Assembly (NCBI GenBank): GCA_965603825.1
Contig: CBFDEM010000018.1
Location: forward strand, 186,001 to 250,000
Reading direction: 5' to 3'
Length of the DNA: 64,000 nucleotides
Origin: Blepharisma stoltei ATCC 30299
Taxonomy: Eukaryota > Protista > Ciliophora
Shown: piece after piece, positions 59,247 through 64,000 of the stretch
Numbering within the stretch: the stretch's first letter is position 1
How the letters are laid out: each line of letters begins with the position of its first letter
Made by a program: the position numbers and the translations under genes
The notes under the pieces: generated by a model
What the model was told of the DNA's origin: nothing
The model's input: the letters and a program-made list of their open reading frames with translations, nothing else
Databases searched by the model: none

Positions 59247-60080
59247 ATGGATGTAAGGTGCATTATTCCAGTGAATACTCTTCAAGAAATCAATTTTCAG
59301 AAATATCGGCTATTCAAAATTAATCTCAGGAACCAACTTGCTGCAAATTCATCAAAACGTTTAAAGCATCGAAGTATTCATACCTCAGTAAGCTTTGGAG
59401 AGCAAACTAGTTTTGAAAAAAGTGAAGAAAAACCTCCACAAAAGCATGTGGAAATCAAAACCCATAACATAGAAAAAAGAGATAGTATTGATATCAATGG
59501 AACTTCTTCACAAGACACTGATAGAATTAATTTATCTCAATTATTAAGTAAGGAATACGATTTATTTACAAAGGAATATGAAAAACCTGACAGGAAAAAA
59601 ATATCGCCAAAATATAGAGAAATAGTTGAAAAAATCACTCCAGTGAAATATATGAGGAGAAAATGTGCATTTAATGGAAGCAGGCTTAGAGGACAAAATA
59701 GTCCAATTGATACAAATATTTCGATAGTTGGAAGACCTCTATCTTGTGCGTTGGGAAAAAGAAATAAAAATCAAAAAAGACCAAAATCATCTCTAGATTT
59801 TACTCCGGGGTTAAAGAAAAGTAAAAATGAAAATATTGGAGAATTAAGCTCAAAATCTTTTATAGGCTGAGAATGCTTAGGAAGTCGTCCAGGAACTTGT
59901 TCGCCTGATATTCAGATCCCATTTAAAATTTCTACTGATAAATCTAATAGAAATGCTTCAAAAGACTTATTCAATTTTAAACCGAAGTCAAAAAGGGAAA
60001 ATCATAACAGTTCCTATAGTTTTAGCCAAGTTGCTCACAATATTTCCAAATATGGATCTTCTAGAAAAACCCTGATTTAA
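59247..60080 (+). CDS. Hypothetical basic low-complexity protein (~277 aa)
   Basis: TGA at 59868 read through to TAA 60078-60080. Confidence 0.7.
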
Positions 60081-60203
60081 CGTAAATTAATTGTTTTATT
60101 AACTAAAGCTTGCCAAACAGCAAGATGCACGATAATAAAAATTGATATATAGATGATGAAAAATGTATATATGTATTTTGATAGCAAGTTATAATAAATT
60201 AAT

Positions 60204-61343
60204 ATGGCAAGAAGGGATTCTAATATCATCGAAATAAAGCTTGAAAGAATTGGCAAAAAACGTTTTGATTCTGAGCTTAATGGTGAATTAAAATCACTTC
60301 CTGGTCACCCAGTCTCTATAAGTTCTCAATGGCCGATCCCAAATGAGCTTTCCACACCTGATTACCAGATTTCACCATCATTTGGGAAAATGTATGTCGG
60401 CGAAAGTTTTACTTGCTGCCTCAGAATTTCTAATATTTCACAAGGAGTTACTTTAGAAAGGGTGATTATTGCTTGCCAATTAAAATACACAAACGTAAAA
60501 AATATCCCTATGCTTTTTCAGACTGAAATCCAAAAGCTTCAAGCTGACCAAACCAAAAGATTTGCATTTTCTTTACAAGTTGACCGTCCTGATACATATT
60601 ATCTTAGCTTTGCAATCACTTTTAACTTGAAAGACCTTCCAGAGCCAATAAATGTTGGAAAATTATTCAAATTTGAAGCAAAAAACCCACTAGAGATGTC
60701 AAATACAATTTTTAAAGCAGAAAATGGGTTTATTGTGCAATGCAGGGTTTCCAATACGACTATTTATCCAATGCATTTAAACTCAGTGGAATTACTATCT
60801 AATAAGCAATTGTTTACTGTAATTCCTCTCCATGAGCAACCTAAAGCAGACATGTTTAATTGTGGGGAAATCAGAAGCTATCTGTATCATTTAGTTGAAT
60901 CTGTTCAATTATCATCATTTGTAGACTTAGGAGTTTTATCAATTACATGGCACAACACAACAGGTGATTTTGGGCATCTTGAATCTCAGCCTCTAACATA
61001 CACATTCAAAATGGATAAAATTTTAAAGCTGGCGATTGATAATAAGCCAAAAAATTTTGAATTGGAAATGCCTGTGCAAGTGAATTTAATCATTTCTAAC
61101 ATATCATCAACTTTTATGCTAGATAATGCCAGAATTGAACTGCAAGATTCTTTAATGAAAAATGTTGACTTATATTCAATGTCGTCCACGGCACTTGGCA
61201 AAATTTTGCCGCTTGAATCCAAAAGTGTAACTATGGCTTTATTCCCAAAAGTGCCAGGTATACAAATATTAGAAGGAATTAAAATTTACAGTGGCACAAA
61301 TACGTGTGAATTTGAACCGTGCCAAATTTATGTCAAACCTTAA
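60204..61343 (+). CDS. TRAPPC13: Trafficking protein particle complex subunit 13 (DUF974)
   Basis: PSFGKMYVGESFTCCL.ISN, KLFKF...NPL, LG.L.ITW....GD.G.L patterns. Confidence 0.85.
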   Translation: MARRDSNIIEIKLERIGKKRFDSELNGELKSLPGHPVSISSQWPIPNELSTPDYQISPSFGKMYVGESFTCCLRISNISQGVTLERVIIACQLKYTNVKNIPMLFQTEIQKLQADQTKRFAFSLQVDRPDTYYLSFAITFNLKDLPEPINVGKLFKFEAKNPLEMSNTIFKAENGFIVQCRVSNTTIYPMHLNSVELLSNKQLFTVIPLHEQPKADMFNCGEIRSYLYHLVESVQLSSFVDLGVLSITWHNTTGDFGHLESQPLTYTFKMDKILKLAIDNKPKNFELEMPVQVNLIISNISSTFMLDNARIELQDSLMKNVDLYSMSSTALGKILPLESKSVTMALFPKVPGIQILEGIKIYSGTNTCEFEPCQIYVKP

Positions 61344-61928
61344 TAATTTAGTATAATTATTTATTTAAACAAATTTAACTCCATCTATTCGGTAAATTTT
61401 TTTAAGTTTAATTGAAAAACGAAGATAATATTCTTAATAGCTTTAAGCATTCGTTGCTAAATCAATTAATTCGTTTAATTAATATTATGAATTTCAATAG
61501 TAAATTAAATTCTCATCAGTTCATTTTTTGTGGTGAAATAATAATTTTCAGAAAATTTGTAACGAAAATTTTTAATATCAACAATTGAAGCAAAAATTAC
61601 TAAAACAGCAGCGAGGCTACAATTTTTGATAATCAGTGATTAGCTTTTATTACAGCTTACCCTAAAAAGCACGTATTGAGAATTTTAAAAATGACTTACT
61701 ACTAGATATAGAGATTTGCAATAAATAATGATTAATTGAGTCACCATAACTTTTATCTAATATAGAGCTCTATTTAACACTCAAATCAAGCTCGCTTCTC
61801 ATTATTCTTGAACCAATTTTAGCATAAAGAGGAATTTTGACACGTCACAAAAATTAGTGACATCATATTTTATTAATAAATCGGAAGGTTTCTGGTATCA
61901 GTAAAAATTATGAAATAAAATACGAGCT

Positions 61929-63002
61929 TTAAACATCGTTTTTACTGTCATTATTATTAGACTCAGACTCTGCTTGAGGATAGCTACCATCCACATCAAC
62001 TACTTTAGGCTCAAGCCTTTGCTTTTCCTCAGTCCCGTTCTCATCACCTCCAAGTCCCGTTGTCGGGCTCTCAATTCCTGCAAACTTTTTCAGCTTCATC
62101 TTGATCATGAAAGCAATTACTAGACCAAAAATCTATATAACTTTTACCTGGAAGCATCCAAAAACAATATTGGTTATTCCAAATTTCAATGATATATACC
62201 CAATTCAATCATAAATTTTTTCTCTGCAATTACCTATAGGTGTCCCTCTATTGATATCAGTGAAGAGAAAAACGTTTTCTTTAATGCAAACTCCTGAACA
62301 GTCAAACCTTTTTTCGACATATTTCAGCAAATTAAGGTACTTAGCATACTCTTGCATATAAGTATCAGAAAATGCATCATCAGGAATGACACAATTATCA
62401 ACAGTGACGTCTATTTCCAAGGCCTTTTTCATAAATGCAATTAGAATTGCTTGAACTTCTGGAGGATAATATTGAATGTGCCAGCAAGTATTGCAATTTT
62501 GAAGTTTGGTAGCCGTTCCATACGTAAAAGTCTGGTTGGCATAAAGGTGGACTTGGGTAGTAGGCTCAAGGTTGCATGGGCAAAAGATCGTGCACATTAT
62601 ACTCCCTGCTTTAATAACTGCATTTGAGGCATCTCGAAGACCTTTCAAGTCGTAGCACTTTTCGTCGCTACCTAAATATTCTTCAGCATAAGCTGCTCCC
62701 CATAGGCAAGCTATGCCAAAGACACATAAAAGGACTCCTGACCATCCAGCCACAAACATATAAGAGTAGAGTCCCCACTTATTTTCCTTATAGGTGCCAA
62801 AAGCAGCTACAAAAGCAAAAATGATCATTAAAATGCCTATAACGATCATGCATACTCCTACCCATTGTTTTTCAATTGCCTCTACCAGAGGAGAGTCAAT
62901 AACAGTTGCTCCAACATATATAGTAAAAGCTCCAGTTCCAAGCTGGAGAAATGAAGTCTCAAATAAAATAAATTTGAGCCAATTTAAATGACAACAACGC
63001 AT
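61929..63002 (-). CDS. Tetraspanin-like 4-TM protein (paralogue B, ~352 aa, 1 intron)
   Basis: Collinear with 7824-8916; TGA=Trp at 62205; intron 62133-62147; TAA at 61929. Confidence 0.85.
62133..62147 (-). other. 15-nt intron (gtaaaagttatatag)
   Basis: In-frame TAG; GCFQ|IFGLVIAF; position shared with paralogue A. Confidence 0.92.
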
Positions 63003-63181
63003 TGGCGATTTTATTATGCAGTTAAATTTTACCTATTAGATGATGTCTCATTCATTCGTTTATTATCCGTTTTTCCTTAGAATTATGGTGTGAGCTCAAT
63101 AAATATGGAACGATTTTATGTGATATTTAATAGTGTTATTTGCGATAATTCAGTAGAGAATCTTAAAAAGGTTAATAAAAA

Positions 63182-64000
<819 letters not shown>

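Noticed and set aside
33-62207. Interpreting the many split ORFs as pseudogenes or selenoproteins
   Set aside because: Breaks are almost all TGA at Trp positions or consensus tiny introns, catalytic motifs are intact, and no TGA falls at a catalytic Cys.
677-62991. Antisense and alternate-frame ORFs in the track (e.g. 677-925, 9411-9770, 17325-17651, 20625-24209 on +, 40106-40375, 57676-57954)
   Set aside because: They are shadows of well-supported genes on the other strand or frame and have no independent motifs.

Overview
This is gene-dense, AT-rich eukaryotic DNA, most consistent with the somatic (macronuclear) genome of a heterotrich ciliate such as Blepharisma. Two features visible in the sequence explain the fragmented ORF track. 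(1) TGA is a sense codon for Trp: about 31 in-frame TGAs were found, several at invariant Trp positions, and all modelled gene ends are TAA or TAG. (2) Spliceosomal introns are only 15-16 nt (GTAA...TAG; nine are well supported). With those rules the window resolves into about 40 protein genes, including a PMCA Ca2+-ATPase, PDI, two tetraspanin-like paralogues, glycogen phosphorylase, CDPK, Rrp8, Yop1, ACP, a ~2,120-aa EGF-containing type I membrane protein, GSK3, SWEET, an F-BAR+TBC protein, Brr6, a cyclin, a VDAC-like porin, Atg4, SF1/BBP, p24, a D/D+GAF-GAF protein, Vti1, a formin, TRAPPC13 and HPPD. The code and tiny introns are striking but known for this lineage. The main unexplained element is a ~220-230-nt intergenic rod-like inverted repeat (15835-16054) whose pairing pattern favours an RNA hairpin on the + strand. 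Other leads are a possible non-canonical GT-GG intron, an intron presence/absence difference between paralogues, and several unusual domain architectures. No tRNA, rRNA, CRISPR array, transposase or telomere array was recognised. All assignments come from manual reading, with no database searches.
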